Notes: generated by a model from the letters alone, not told the origin. Shown: positions 24,964-37,081, counted from the whole stretch's first letter. The stretch: 62,977 nt of DNA, filler included, from Octopus bimaculoides (GCF_001194135.2; 7 parts of 6 records of this genome joined end to end with filler, not necessarily neighbours in it); one strand, 5' to 3'. Made by a program: numbers and translations.

Positions 24964-25740
24964 GTTGAATATTTGATGATCATTAGGTTGACATGAATAT
25001 CATACCAAAATTGATCATCATAAACACAAAAATGTTTCTGGAGTGTAGTCCTTGTAAGCTAACAGTAAGTTGATATTGTTATCAAATGCAATGCAACCAT
25101 GTTGGGAAGCAATGCTCACAGATTTTCTGTAGATATAAGGCCCGATTGTCATTGAAAAATAAAAAGGTAAACGCATAAGAAAAAATATCAAAGACGAAAA
25201 AAAAACTATGCAAGGAAAACAGGAAGTTGAAGAAGTGATTTCTGGGAGTGTTGTTAGGTGTGCATTCGTATTCGTTATTAACTGAAATCAGACAACAGAT
25301 TAACAGAATAGTATCATTCTACTGTGACTCTTTAATTTCTATTGTATATCATGTCACCGTGAGTACCGGACTGACATTGGAAAAATATTCTCACATATTT
25401 TTTGATATAGAAATATCTCTGTTACACAGATAAACGTAAAATAACGAAACGCTGCTTTGTTATGGATTATGTGTATACAGTCGATTTTTAATTTTTTAAG
25501 AAATCTGGCATTCGTTTAGAATAGGGTCGGAAATTATTTAGTTTATGGTTCTTAAACCATAATTTTTTGGATGTGTATATTTCAAGCACCGTAGATTCTG
25601 GGGTGGGTGAGAAAAGTGGGATATGAATTTTTTTTTTTTTTTTTTTCCTTAAAATGCGAAAAGCAGTTAATTGAGCAGATGCACAAAAATATGTGTAACT
25701 TCATGAATTTTTCGATTCGAAAACTTTTTTGAAATTTTCA

Positions 25741-25935
25741 TGCCGGTGGCACGTAAAAGCACCCACTACACTCTCGGAGTGGTTGGCGTTAGGAAGGGCA
25801 TCCAGCAGTAGAAATTCTGCCAAATTAGATTGGAGCCTGGTGTAGCCATCTAGTTCGCCAGTGCTCAGTCAAATCGTCCAACCCATGCTAGCATGGAAAG
25901 CAGACGTTAAACGATGATGATAATGATGATGTTGA
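25741..25935 (+). mobile_element. RTE 3' UTR tail copy ending (GAT)n
   Basis: TGGCACGTAAAAGCACC..GAGTGGTTGGCGTTAGGAAGGGCATCCAG..CGTTAAACGATGATG, the same as 22560-22730. Confidence 0.88.
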
Positions 25936-26489
25936 TGCATCGTGCATAAATATATCAGGAATTAAGCCACTCCAGCTATAGAGAATATTTTATGTTGAAT
26001 TTTTGATTTAGTCAAGTTTCATTAATTTCATATCATGTGCCACTTTCCATAACCCTCTTTCACATGACCTAGATATTTTAAATTTTTGTTGCATCTCTGA
26101 TCTTTCTGATATCTAAGGATGCCTATTGATGTGTATGAGTAATATAATTCTGGAGAACTGAATTTTGGCTTACACATTTTACCCCAGCTAAATCTGTCTT
26201 TTATATGCTCAAAGAGAATGAAGATGCTGTTCTGAAATAGTGTTCTGAATATGTTATTTGCTTAACTGATATAGTTTTTGTAAGGTAGTGAACATTTGTA
26301 AAAAATATGTTTTCTCTCAAAGTAAAAATGCAGTAAAAACTCCGGTTTTTGCCCCCACCTCACTCTTTCAGCAAAAAGTATTAGCTTTGAGAAGTTAAAA
26401 TGTAACTGATCAAAAAAAGCCTAATGGGTCACAATAAATTTAAGGAACTGTCACAGATTCTTCTGTAATAATTTACTTGCCGTTCACTC

Positions 26490-26895
26490 AAAATGGATGG
26501 AACTCATGGAAGAGGGAGACCCAGGAAGACATGGGATGAAGTACTAAAAGATGATCTCAGAATGCGGAACCTTGAGATGACAAAGAATCGAGATATCTAG
26601 TGCCTTGCTGTACTCAAGAAGATCTGTCTTCCACAGAAGTGTTACAGCCACATTCCCTTTTGAAGAGGATTGGCCTGCAAGAGACCTGTGCTGGTGCCAT
26701 ATGAAAGTGCTCATGCCAGTAATACTTTAAAAGCACCAGCACACACTGTAAAGTGGTTGGCGTTAGGAAGAGCTTCCAGCATAGAGACCAGGCCAAATCA
26801 GACTAGAACCTTGTACAGCTTGCCAGCCCTGGTCAAACTGTCCAACCCATGCCAGCATGGAAAATAGACATTAAAGAATGATGATGACAAAGATG
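26490..26895 (+). mobile_element. Diverged RTE 3' end
   Basis: GRGRPRKTWDEVLKDDL followed by the same 3' UTR core and a GAT-type tail. Confidence 0.8.
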
Positions 26896-27004
26896 ATCAA
26901 TGGTCTTAGTCTTCAATGAATCATGGGGCTAATTTTTTCATCAAATATAACCCAAATAACACAAAACTAACCCCATATTCTATTTGCATTCAGAACATAA
27001 AAAC

Positions 27005-27900
27005 TCATCTAGCTGGATATGCACAGGCTTGAAAGAAATGAAGCTAGTATTCTTCGTTGGATGTGTAAAGTAGGTGTGCATGGACGACAGAGCGTAAACA
27101 TCCTGAGAGAAAAGTTGGGCATAAGAGGCACCAGATGTGAAGTTCTGTGCTGGCATGGTAATGTGATGTGTATGGATGAGAACAGCTGTTCTTATCCATA
27201 CACATCACACACTCTAATGGTGGAGAAGAAGTGCCACCCTCTAATGGTGGATAGAACCTGTGGAAGAGGTGGATCCAGGAAGACATGGGACAAGGCGGTG
27301 AAGCATAATCTTCAAATATTTAGCCTCTTGGAAGCAATAAGTGACCAAGACCTTTGGCGATATGCCATGCTTGAGAAGATCTATCAAACCAAGTGAGATC
27401 AGTCATGGTCAATGCCAGCGTTGCATAATTGGCATGTAAAAAGCACCCTTCAAACATTGGGCTATATGCTGTGCTTGAGAAGACCTGTCATGCCAAATGA
27501 AATCATAGTGATGGCCGATGTCAGTGCTTTCTGACTGGCACTCATACCAAGTAGCATGTAAAAAGCACCATTCAAGTTTTGGGCCTGAAGGAGGTAGTGA
27601 CAGATGACTGAGACCTTTGGTAATACATTGTGCTTGTGTAGACCTGTCAAACCAAGTGAGACCGTAATTGTAACCAATTCCAGTGTCTTGTCAATGGCAC
27701 CTGAGGCAGTGGCATGTGAAAAGCACCCTCTACACTCTTGGAGTGGTTGGTGTTAGCAATGGCATCCAGCCATAAAAACCTTGCCAAATCAGTTTGGAAC
27801 CTGGTGCAGTTCCCTGGCTGACCAGTTTTCAGTCAAATTGTCCAACCCATGGCAGCATGGAAAGTGGACGTTAGATGATGATGATGATGATGATGATGTT
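27005..27900 (+). mobile_element. Diverged RTE 3' end (ORF2 C-terminus plus 3' UTR)
   Basis: RLERNEASILRWMC..GSRKTWDKAVKHNL, tandem GGCATGTAAAAAGCACC units and a (GAT)n tail. Confidence 0.85.
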
Positions 27901-28564
27901 GATACAGGACAACATATACTAAACATAAACACTTAAATTATTTCAATACAACTTCATATGAACACAGAATATTTTTCTTTTGTTTGATAATAAAACTAGC
28001 TGTTAAGGTTTTTAAATCCACAATGTTTTATATAGACACCATACATGTACATATACAAGAAACACACATATATTTGTATGTGTGAGTGTCTTGAAAATTA
28101 CATACTTTTATCTTAGTGTTGACATGTACCCAACTAAGTATTTAAATGCTTTCTACAATAAAGAAACACTTCATTCAAATGACTCTGAGGAAGCATGGAG
28201 TCTTATAGCAGAAACAACTATAAGCAATGAAAATTATATAACTGCTGCTCTTTTTTTCATTCATTTATTGAGTGTGTATGTGTGTGTGTGTGCTGTATAA
28301 ATGCGAGTGCATGTGGTTATGTATGTGTTTTTAGTAAAAAAAAAAAAAGCTCTGAAACAGTGCATTCCAAAGATAAAATGAATTTAATTTTTAAAATCTG
28401 TGTCCCAAAGAAAAGGCCATCCATTAATAATAAAAAAAAAAATATAGGCACTGGTTCAGTATTACATGTCAAAAGTCAAAGAATAAAAGTGAAAGAATAA
28501 GATCTATATTGTAATGTGATATAATATTGTTTCACTTTTAATTCTAATGTGATAAGACTAAGAT

Positions 28565-28740
28565 CATCTTCATCATCATCGTCATCGTTTAACGTCAGTT
28601 TTCTATGCTGGCATAAGTTAGACGGTTTGACTGGGGACTGGCAAACCAGGAAGCCTCACCGGGCTCCAATCTGATCTGGCAATGTTTCTACAGCTGGATG
28701 CCCTTCCTAATGCCAACCACTTTGATAGTGTAGTGGGTAT
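28565..28740 (-). mobile_element. RTE 3' UTR tail copy
   Basis: Reverse complement of the same tail (CATCATC..GTTTAACGTC..CCTTCCTAATGCCAACCAC). Confidence 0.85.
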
Positions 28741-28741
28741 C

Positions 28742-29310
28742 AGCAACTTTCCGTCTTTACAGCCATGGCAGCAGAATGCATTAATTGGCTGAAAGTACAT
28801 GGCCTCCTCAATCATCCTCTCAAGTGTCCTGTATGCGATCAATCAATGAGAGAAATGATAGACAACAAATTGACAGATGGCATTATTTGGTCATGCAGAA
28901 GGCCATGTAGAAAAAAAATTTCCATTTGCAAAGGTATCCTTCTTGAAAGTAGCAATCTATGGTGTCACCAAGTAATTGATTTGCTATATTTTGGGGTCCA
29001 CGGATGTTTGGGATTGGAAATTGCACATGAATGTGGCATTGCAAAGGAAGCCTTGGCAGATTGGTGCAATTTTGCCATGACAAATGTAGGGAATACTATG
29101 TTGCTCAAAACATACGGCTGAGGGGAACAGAATTGTGGAAATTGATGAAAGTGTGTTTGTCAAATGAGAGTATCATGTGGGACATGTAGTAAAAACGCAG
29201 TGGGTATTCGGAACAATAGAAAGAGACATCAGAAGGTGTCTCTTAGTGGCATTGGCAGACCATACAGCTGATACACTTCTTGCTGTTATCCAGGATTGTA
29301 TCTTACTTAG
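28742..29310 (+). mobile_element. Decayed Merlin (IS1595/ISXO2-like) transposase fragment
   Basis: CINWLKVHGLL..CPVC..WSCRRPCRKKISI..LADWCNF, then VEIDESVF..YHVGH..QWVFGTIER..TLLAVIQDCI. Confidence 0.8.
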
Positions 29311-30350
29311 GTGTCAGGTGATGCCCATGACTTTCCCAGTGCCTTAGCCTCGTCGTCACCCATGGTAATGCTGCGAGCATGCTGGCTTGCTGCAGTAGGT
29401 TCTGTTAAACTTTGTGGTGTGCAACCAGTTGCTAAAATGAAAAAAAAAAAATTCCAGATCTTTCCTGTTTGGCTGCCAGCATTTAAAAAATTTCAATAAT
29501 TTAAAACTTTGGCACATTAGTGTAGTTTTCCAAGCTGAATTGCTGGAGTTATTTCACTTTTTCATGAAAAAGGTTTTTAAAAAGTTACAATGGCTTAAAG
29601 TTTGATCATTTTCACCCAGTCGGGGAAACAGGATTTGAAAGCTGTCATTTTGTGTGTGACTGCACANNNNNNNNNNNNNNNNNNNNNNNNNNNNNNNNNN
29701 NNNNNNNNNNNNNNNNNNNNNNNNNNNNNNNNNNNNNNNNNNNNNNNNNNNNNNNNNNNNNNNNNNNNNNNNNNNNNNNNNNNNNNNNNNNNNNNNNNNN
29801 NNNNNNNNNNNNNNNNNNNNNNNNNNNNNNNNNNNNNNNNNNNNNNNNNNNNNNNNNNNNNNNNNNNNNNNNNNNNNNNNNNNNNNNNNNNNNNNNNNNN
29901 NNNNNNNNNNNNNNNNNNNNNNNNNNNNNNNNNNNNNNNNNNNNNNNNNNNNNNNNNNNNNNNNNNNNNNNNNNNNNNNNNNNNNNNNNNNNNNNNNNNN
30001 NNNNNNNNNNNNNNNNNNNNNNNNNNNNNNNNNNNNNNNNNNNNNNNNNNNNNNNNNNNNNNNNNNNNNNNNNNNNNNNNNNNNNNNNNNNNNNNNNNNN
30101 NNNNNNNNNNNNNNNNNNNNNNNNNNNNNNNNNNNNNNNNNNNNNNNNNNNNNNNNNNNNNNNNNNNNNNNNNNNNNNNNNNNNNNNNNNNNNNNNNNNN
30201 NNNNNNNNNNNNNNNNNNNNNNNNNNNNNNNNNNNNNNNNNNNNNNNNNNNNNNNNNNNNNNNNNNNNNNNNNNNNNNNNNNNNNNNNNNNNNNNNNNNN
30301 NNNNNNNNNNNNNNNNNNNNNNNNNNNNNNNNNNNNNNNNNNNNNNNNNN

Positions 30351-30940
30351 CTGTTTCCGTGAAAAGCTTAAAAGCACGTGGTCAACTGTCATGAAATAGG
30401 AGGAGGAGAAAAAAGCTAATAGGTTGTACGTGTGTGGGTGTGCGTGCTTCTTTTTGTCCGTGTAAGGCTTTTTTTTTTTCCTTCAAGTTTGAAATGCGAC
30501 ATTGCTGGCATAATTTCGTTATATCCATAGTCCACAGCATTCTTCTAGAATAAAGCTGTGGAAGAACAAGCACGCACGTACGAACAACCCATTAGCTTTT
30601 TTCTCCCAATTTCATGACAGTTGACCACGTGCTTTTAAGCTTTTCACGGAAACAGCCGAATTAATGTTTTGAATTCGTCGAGTCATATCGAAGGAATGCC
30701 AGGCATTCCTTCGATTTTCCAGTCTAATTGCTATGAAGGTATGATGTTGTGGAGAAAAAAAAAATTAGAGGAAAAAGTTACAGAGGTTCAAAAATCGAAA
30801 AATTGTGTATTTTTAGCCAAATAGCGAGACAGAAATTTTCGGAGTTTAGCGGAGCGGTGTCAAATTTTAGGCTGTGCCCTGTGAAATTTATGGTCTAGCG
30901 TCTGTGAAATGATCTCTTCAACATGTATCATCTTACTATT
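30351..30940. repeat. Non-coding element with a 305-bp fold-back and a 29-bp palindrome, probably part of a non-autonomous DNA transposon
   Basis: 30351-30397 is the exact reverse complement of 30609-30655. ATCGAAGGAATGCC-A-GGCATTCCTTCGAT at 30687-30715. Superfamily not assigned. Confidence 0.55.
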
Positions 30941-31509
30941 TCTTTTGTCTTTTCATTGATTGTATGTTTTTGTTAATTTTTAAAATTTGTTATATTAATA
31001 TATTTGTCTGCATGTTTACTTTATGCGTATTTCAGTATTATGTATACCTGTCATGTATTTGTGTACATCATTAATGTATAAGTGCATGTGTGTGTGTGTG
31101 AAAAGGGGGCGTCTGTCTCCAAAACTTCAAAGTTAAGTAACGTTTTCGTGTTTGGATTTGTAAACTACGATAAGAATAACACTGGTCAACAAAGAATTTA
31201 TCCAAAGAAAAAGAATACGTGTATCTTATATGTTTTTGCATGCAGAATTCAAAAATAATGTCAAGCTATCTGTATTAAGTTCACGTATTCCATTCACCTT
31301 CATAATGCCAAGAAACTGTATTAACATTGCAAACAACTTTTGCTATATATGAGAAATATGTAAAATATTAAGACGATTGACGAAAAATATCTATAATAAA
31401 ATTCTAATTGATAACTATAATTTTTTATTAAAACAAAACACGCAGGTGAAGTAAATCTCGTAGTGTGAAGAATCAACACAAGCAGATGAAACACAATACA
31501 ACGAGCGAT

Positions 31510-33551
31510 TGTCGTGGTGTAGGCGCAGTTACCTCCCCTGACGGTGGCTGCCTAATTAGTTGGACAATAGAGGGCATTATGCAACATTAAGGTTCAGAGA
31601 CTCATCTGTTCCTCTTTTTGCTTTGGGACGCGAGACTTCAAAGACATAACCTAGTTGTCTCTCTCACACCACACCGCCAGTATCAGATAGAAGGCAACTC
31701 ACAGGAGAAGACCATGGCTTCCACGCATCAAACCATTTTCATTTATCATTCAGCTTGTGTATATATACGTGTGACCACATTAAAGACATTTAAAGTTACA
31801 GCTTTATTTCATATATATTCTATATACCGTGTTCCTGTCAAATAATATTACAGCCTTCTGAGTAGAGTCACATTAGATGGCTCCACAACTTATCCATGTA
31901 AAATGATGACTCCGACATGGAATACATCACCTTAGTCATCTAAAATGGTGACTCGACATGGAACACAGACATCTAAAATGGTGACCCGATGCAGCACACA
32001 CCACAATTCCTTCTAAAATGGTAAACCCCGGACGAATTCTGACCAGTGAATACATATTCTTTTTTACTCCTTCGCGATTTCGGCTATGCGACCAGACCGC
32101 CATTCCTCATATAGGAACATACCACTGATGTCTCTCGTCGCCGTATTGTCTTCTTCACCAGAAAAGTTTTGGCGCCATTTTCAAGGAGGAAACTGCTAAG
32201 CATTTTTTCCTTGTGTTGTAACTGAATTTACAACTTGTCCCTTTGAAGACACAGCGTCCTAGGGGAATATTCTTCTTGCTTGTAAAAAAAGAAAAAAAAA
32301 TATCCGGAATTTTCTCCAGATTTCCCATGGACAACAAATTTTTCATACGTGCCAGTTATGAGTTTCATTCTCTCAGCCACCCGGATTATCCACGTGTTGG
32401 CCATGTTTTGTTCTTTATCCGTTGGCAAGAACTTCTCCTATTCTCATCTTCTGCTATTGGAAAAATATTTGGGCCTTTGGGGTTTGACGGGCAACATTTG
32501 TTTTCTTAACGAAACACTTTTAAACTTGGGACACTGGTAGAATGTGTCATATAAAACAACTTCTCTTAACCTTCTTAACAAAAAATTGTACATCGCAAGT
32601 TATTTTATGTTAAAGTTGTCGTATTTCTGTAATTTCAACCAATCACTGACGTCTATTCAGCTGAATACACTTACTGCTGTTCGGTGTCAAGTGTGTTATT
32701 CCCTGTTTAATTATATCATTATTCCCTAGTAAGGGTTTTAGGGTTGGGGTTAGGGTTAGGGTTATGGTTGTAGTTGTTGTTGACAAACAACGGGACTAAT
32801 TTTATTCAAGGGAAAATATCCCATGACACCGTTACGGCATTAATTGTTTTCACCTCAATAGACGTCAGTGATTGGTTGAAATTACGGAAATACGACAATT
32901 TTTTACATAAAATAACTTCGAATACAAAATTTTTTATCTGTTCTATACCACAAAATATACAAATATTCGAAGTTTGAAAGTGTTTCGGTACCAAAAACGC
33001 TACAAAAAAAATGTTGCCCGTCAAACCCCAAAGATCCAAATATTTTCCTAGTTCGCTACTCGTGTCTTCTTTCAACTAGCGTGTTTTGACTGCTATTTCT
33101 AACGGCGATTCTTTCAACCAGCTTGTTTTTCATGGCGTTGCGTTTTCCTATTATCGTCCAAGATGAGTGATTTTCCTTTGCTTCAATATCATGAAGATTC
33201 TAAGATGTGGTTTTCACAACTGGAATCGTTCTTCATTTCTTCTAATATTCATTCGGCCCAGAGTAAACTCCACATCAGTCTTACAGGCATTGCTCCTTCT
33301 CGCACGCACGCGCACTTCTTGCCCCATCAATCTGTTGGTACCACAGGAAATTCAAGGACCAGGCCGACAAGTGTACACAGCCCTGCTCTTACACTTCTCG
33401 GGGAGGAACTGGGCACATCAGTCGTCTCCCCCATCGATTCACCTCACCGTGCATTTTTTATTTTTTATCAGAGATGCCAACTCTTCAGAGTCCTTTATGG
33501 TGGACACGAATGCCAGCTTAAGTATCTGGCCTCGAAGGTTTACGTCCACCA
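31510..33551 (+). mobile_element. CsRn1/Kabuki-like Ty3/Gypsy 5' remnant: putative LTR (TG 31510 ... CA 31852), tRNA-Trp PBS-like array, leader, gag start and protease fragment
   Basis: PBS-like TGGTGAC(C/T)CGA motifs at 31904-32030; gag N-terminus MSDFPLLQYHEDSKMWFSQLESFF (33163); protease-like FLFFIRDANSSESFMVDTNASLSIWP (about 33450-33530). The LTR limits are the weakest part of this call. Confidence 0.65.
32456..33052. mobile_element. Palindromic MITE with long TIRs and a TTAGGG-rich centre, inserted in the Gypsy leader
   Basis: Both arms share GGAAAA(A)TATTTGG..CTTTGGGGTTTGACGGGCAACATTT and TGTCGTATTTC(T/C)GTAATTTCAACCAATCACTGACGTCTATT in inverted orientation. The centre reads AGGGTTTTAGGGTTGGGGTTAGGGTTAGGG. 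Confidence 0.8.
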
Positions 33552-33651
33552 NNNNNNNNNNNNNNNNNNNNNNNNNNNNNNNNNNNNNNNNNNNNTTAAT
33601 TAATTAANNNNNNNNNNNNNNNNNNNNNNNNNNNNNNNNNNNNNNNNNNNN

Positions 33652-33687
<36 letters not shown>

Positions 33688-35056
33688 CAATACAAAATGG
33701 CAGATTGTTAGGAAGGAGAGACCCCCAAAAGAAAGCAAAGGGCCACAGATGAGGTCACAAAAGTGTGACGAAAGAACTCTGGCTGGAATACAATTAATAT
33801 AAAATAAGGCTGAAGCGAGTGAACACCGACTATATATAGTGCATGTGTTTTCATTGGCTAAACTGATACCATGACCATCCCCAAATACAACAATATACAT
33901 ACACACACACATATATATATTAGACTCAGAGGTTTCAGGTAATGCTGAGTAAGTGCTGTGGATAGACCATAGTTAAGCTCCAGGTTTGGTGATTATGCAA
34001 ATAAGGAATCCAACGTAGGTCATATATCAGCGTGTGAATATAAGGATTTACTTTTAGTAATGAGATAAAAAAAAACCAAGGCTGTGTATATTTTAGAACA
34101 TTTATAAATAGAAGGTCTTACAGCTGCGGTGTGAGAGAATGGTTAAGCAATAGTTAAAAATATAAATATGTGCCAGTGCCACATAAAAAGCATCCGTGCT
34201 GGGGCTGTGTAAGTGGACCCATGCCAGTGTCATGTAAAAAGCACCCTGGCCATGAAACATTTTCTGTGTCNNNNNNNNNNNNNNNNNNNNNNNNNNNNNN
34301 NNNNNNNNNNNNNNNNNNNNNNNNNNNNNNNNNNNNNNNNNNNNNNNNNNNNNNNNNNNNNNNNNNNNNNNNNNNNNNNNNNNNNNNNNNNNNNNNNNNN
34401 NNNNNNNNNNNNNNNNNNNNNNNNNNNNNNNNNNNNNNNNNNNNNNNNNNNNNNNNNNNNNNNNNNNNNNNNNNNNNNNNNNNNNNNNNNNNNNNNNNNN
34501 NNNNNNNNNNNNNNNNNNNNNNNNNNNNNNNNNNNNNNNNNNNNNNNNNNNNNNNNNNNNNNNNNNNNNNNNNNNNNNNNNNNNNNNNNNNNNNNNNNNN
34601 NNNNNNNNNNNNNNNNNNNNNNNNNNNNNNNNNNNNNNNNNNNNNNNNNNNNNNNNNNNNNNNNNNNNNNNNNNNNNNNNNNNNNNNNNNNNNNNNNNNN
34701 NNNNNNNNNNNNNNNNNNNNNNNNNNNNNNNNNNNNNNNNNNNNNNNNNNNNNNNNNNNNNNNNNNNNNNNNNNNNNNNNNNNNNNNNNNNNNNNNNNNN
34801 NNNNNNNNNNNNNNNNNNNNNNNNNNNNNNNNNNNNNNNNNNNNNNNNNNNNNNNNNNNNNNNNNNNNNNNNNNNNNNNNNNNNNNNNNNNNNNNNNNNN
34901 NNNNNNNNNNNNNNNNNNNNNNNNNNNNNNNNNNNNNNNNNNNNNNNNNNNNNNNNNNNNNNNNNNNNNNNNNNNNNNNNNNNNNNNNNNNNNNNNNNNN
35001 NNNNNNNNGTTAATTATTAATTCTATTATTAATTGACGATTCCCTGCCCTTATTCT

Positions 35057-35095
<39 letters not shown>

Positions 35096-35409
35096 ATCAA
35101 TATGTTATAAATTAACTACCAACAAAAATAATTGGTAAGCTAACTCAAAAAATCATCACCAAAATAGCAGAAAAAAACGACTGTGAAGGTATGTAGACTC
35201 TTCAAGAATCGGTCCTTTTGGTTATATTAATAATAATAAAGGAGTTACGACGCAAAAACGTATATATTCAAATGAACATATTTATCTTCTTCAATATATA
35301 TTTCAGTATAAAGAATTCATTAAGAGACTTAATAAATCAAAATTCCTTTATACATCTTCAGGAAAAATAAATATAACTTTCATTAGATGCTGAAGTGTTT
35401 TGATCAAGA

Positions 35410-35501
35410 AAACAACACATCACCTGGTCCAGGAATTGAAACCACACAATTACAATCATGAGCCCAACTACCTAACCACTAAGCCATGCACTTCCACACA
35501 C
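35410..35501 (-). mobile_element. tRNA-derived SINE head fragment
   Basis: Minus strand reads TGGCTTAGTGGTTAGG (A-box-like) and GGTTTCAATTCC (B-box-like). Confidence 0.6.
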
Positions 35502-35511
35502 AGCCATGCTT

Positions 35512-35897
35512 GTGTGTGGAAGTGCATGGCTGTGCGGCAAGAAGCTTGCTTTCCAACCACATGGTTCTGGGTTCAGTCTCACTGCATGGCACCTTGGACA
35601 AATGTCTTCTACTTCAGCTTCAAGTTGACCAAAGCCTTGTGAGTAGATTTGGTAGACGGAGACTGAAAGAAGCCTGTCATATATGTATGTGTGTGTGTTT
35701 GTACTCCACCATCACTTGACAACCGATGTTGGTGTGTTTACATCCCCATAACTTTGCAATTCAGCAAAACAAACTAATAAAGTACCAGGCTTATAAAAAA
35801 TAAGTACAGGGATCAATTCATTCAACTAAACACTCTTTAAGGCAGAGCTCCAGGATGGCCACAGTCTAATGACTAAAACAAGTAAAAGATAAAAGAT
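35512..35897 (+). mobile_element. tRNA-derived SINE, family A
   Basis: Head TGGCTGTGCGGCAAG..GGGTTCAGTCTC; body GGCACCTTGGACAAATGTCTTCTAC; tail AAACAAGTAAAAGATAAAAG. Confidence 0.88.
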
Positions 35898-35914
35898 ATA
35901 TGATAATCTTCTAT

Positions 35915-36056
35915 TAAATACTCTCATAAGACTTTGGTCAGCCTGGGGCTATAATAGAAAATAAAAAAAAACATTTACCCAAGGAGCAATGCAGTGGGAC
36001 TGAACTCAAACCTGTGTGATTGGCAAGCAAACTTCTTAACCACAGAGCTACGCCTA
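35915..36056 (-). mobile_element. SINE family A, 5' half
   Basis: Reverse complement of the family A head and body. Confidence 0.75.
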
Positions 36057-36349
36057 ACTGGATAAACAAGATTACATATTTTTTTTATATATTTATCGAT
36101 AAAATTACAAAGGAACTCAAGGAAATGAAAGCATTTTTTCCAACATTAATTTTTAACAACTTCAAAGACAAAAACCTAAGGAATTTCATCTCAAAATAAA
36201 GATTTACACATAAATATACAGCTTTAAATATGTCACCGAGATTAAGAGATTACAGATAATCCATGGATTTATATATAGACAGACGGACTTATAAATTATA
36301 TATAGTTGTTCAATAAAAGAGGGGCAGGATGACCCTGGAAAAAACATAC

Positions 36350-36423
<74 letters not shown>

Positions 36424-36745
36424 GAAACGCCTAGTTTAGAATAGAGGCAGCTGATGAAGGAAAAGTTCCACAAGTGGCTCGTCTGTTTTCCTGTGTTCAT
36501 TCTGTTATACTTTTTTTATGTTTCCGTTCCTTTTTTGTCCACATTTTTTGACGTCCTGTACCCGGATATGCATCTATATATAGAGGTAGATGTAGGTATG
36601 TACATATATGTATGTATACATGTATATGCTCATATATCTTTTGTATTATTATTATTATTATGCATTAAACAACATGAAATATGAAAATCCTTTTTTTGCT
36701 AAAGAGAGAAAGAAATAGAAATGCATGAATATATATGTATGTATG

Positions 36746-36844
<99 letters not shown>

Positions 36845-36922
36845 TGATATAGATATGTTTATGTATACATCCATACATATATGCATGCGTATACATGTGT
36901 ACACACATATGCATGTCTGTGC

Positions 36923-36953
<31 letters not shown>

Positions 36954-37034
36954 TTCATATACTGAAATATGCATATATACTTACACATACATGCACACAC
37001 ACACACATGCACATGCACACACACACACATATGC

Positions 37035-37081
<47 letters not shown>

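Noticed and set aside
31895-32040. CRISPR array interpretation of the repeat-spacer run
   Set aside because: Eukaryotic context, no cas genes, only four diverged repeats, and a better explanation as tRNA-Trp PBS copies.
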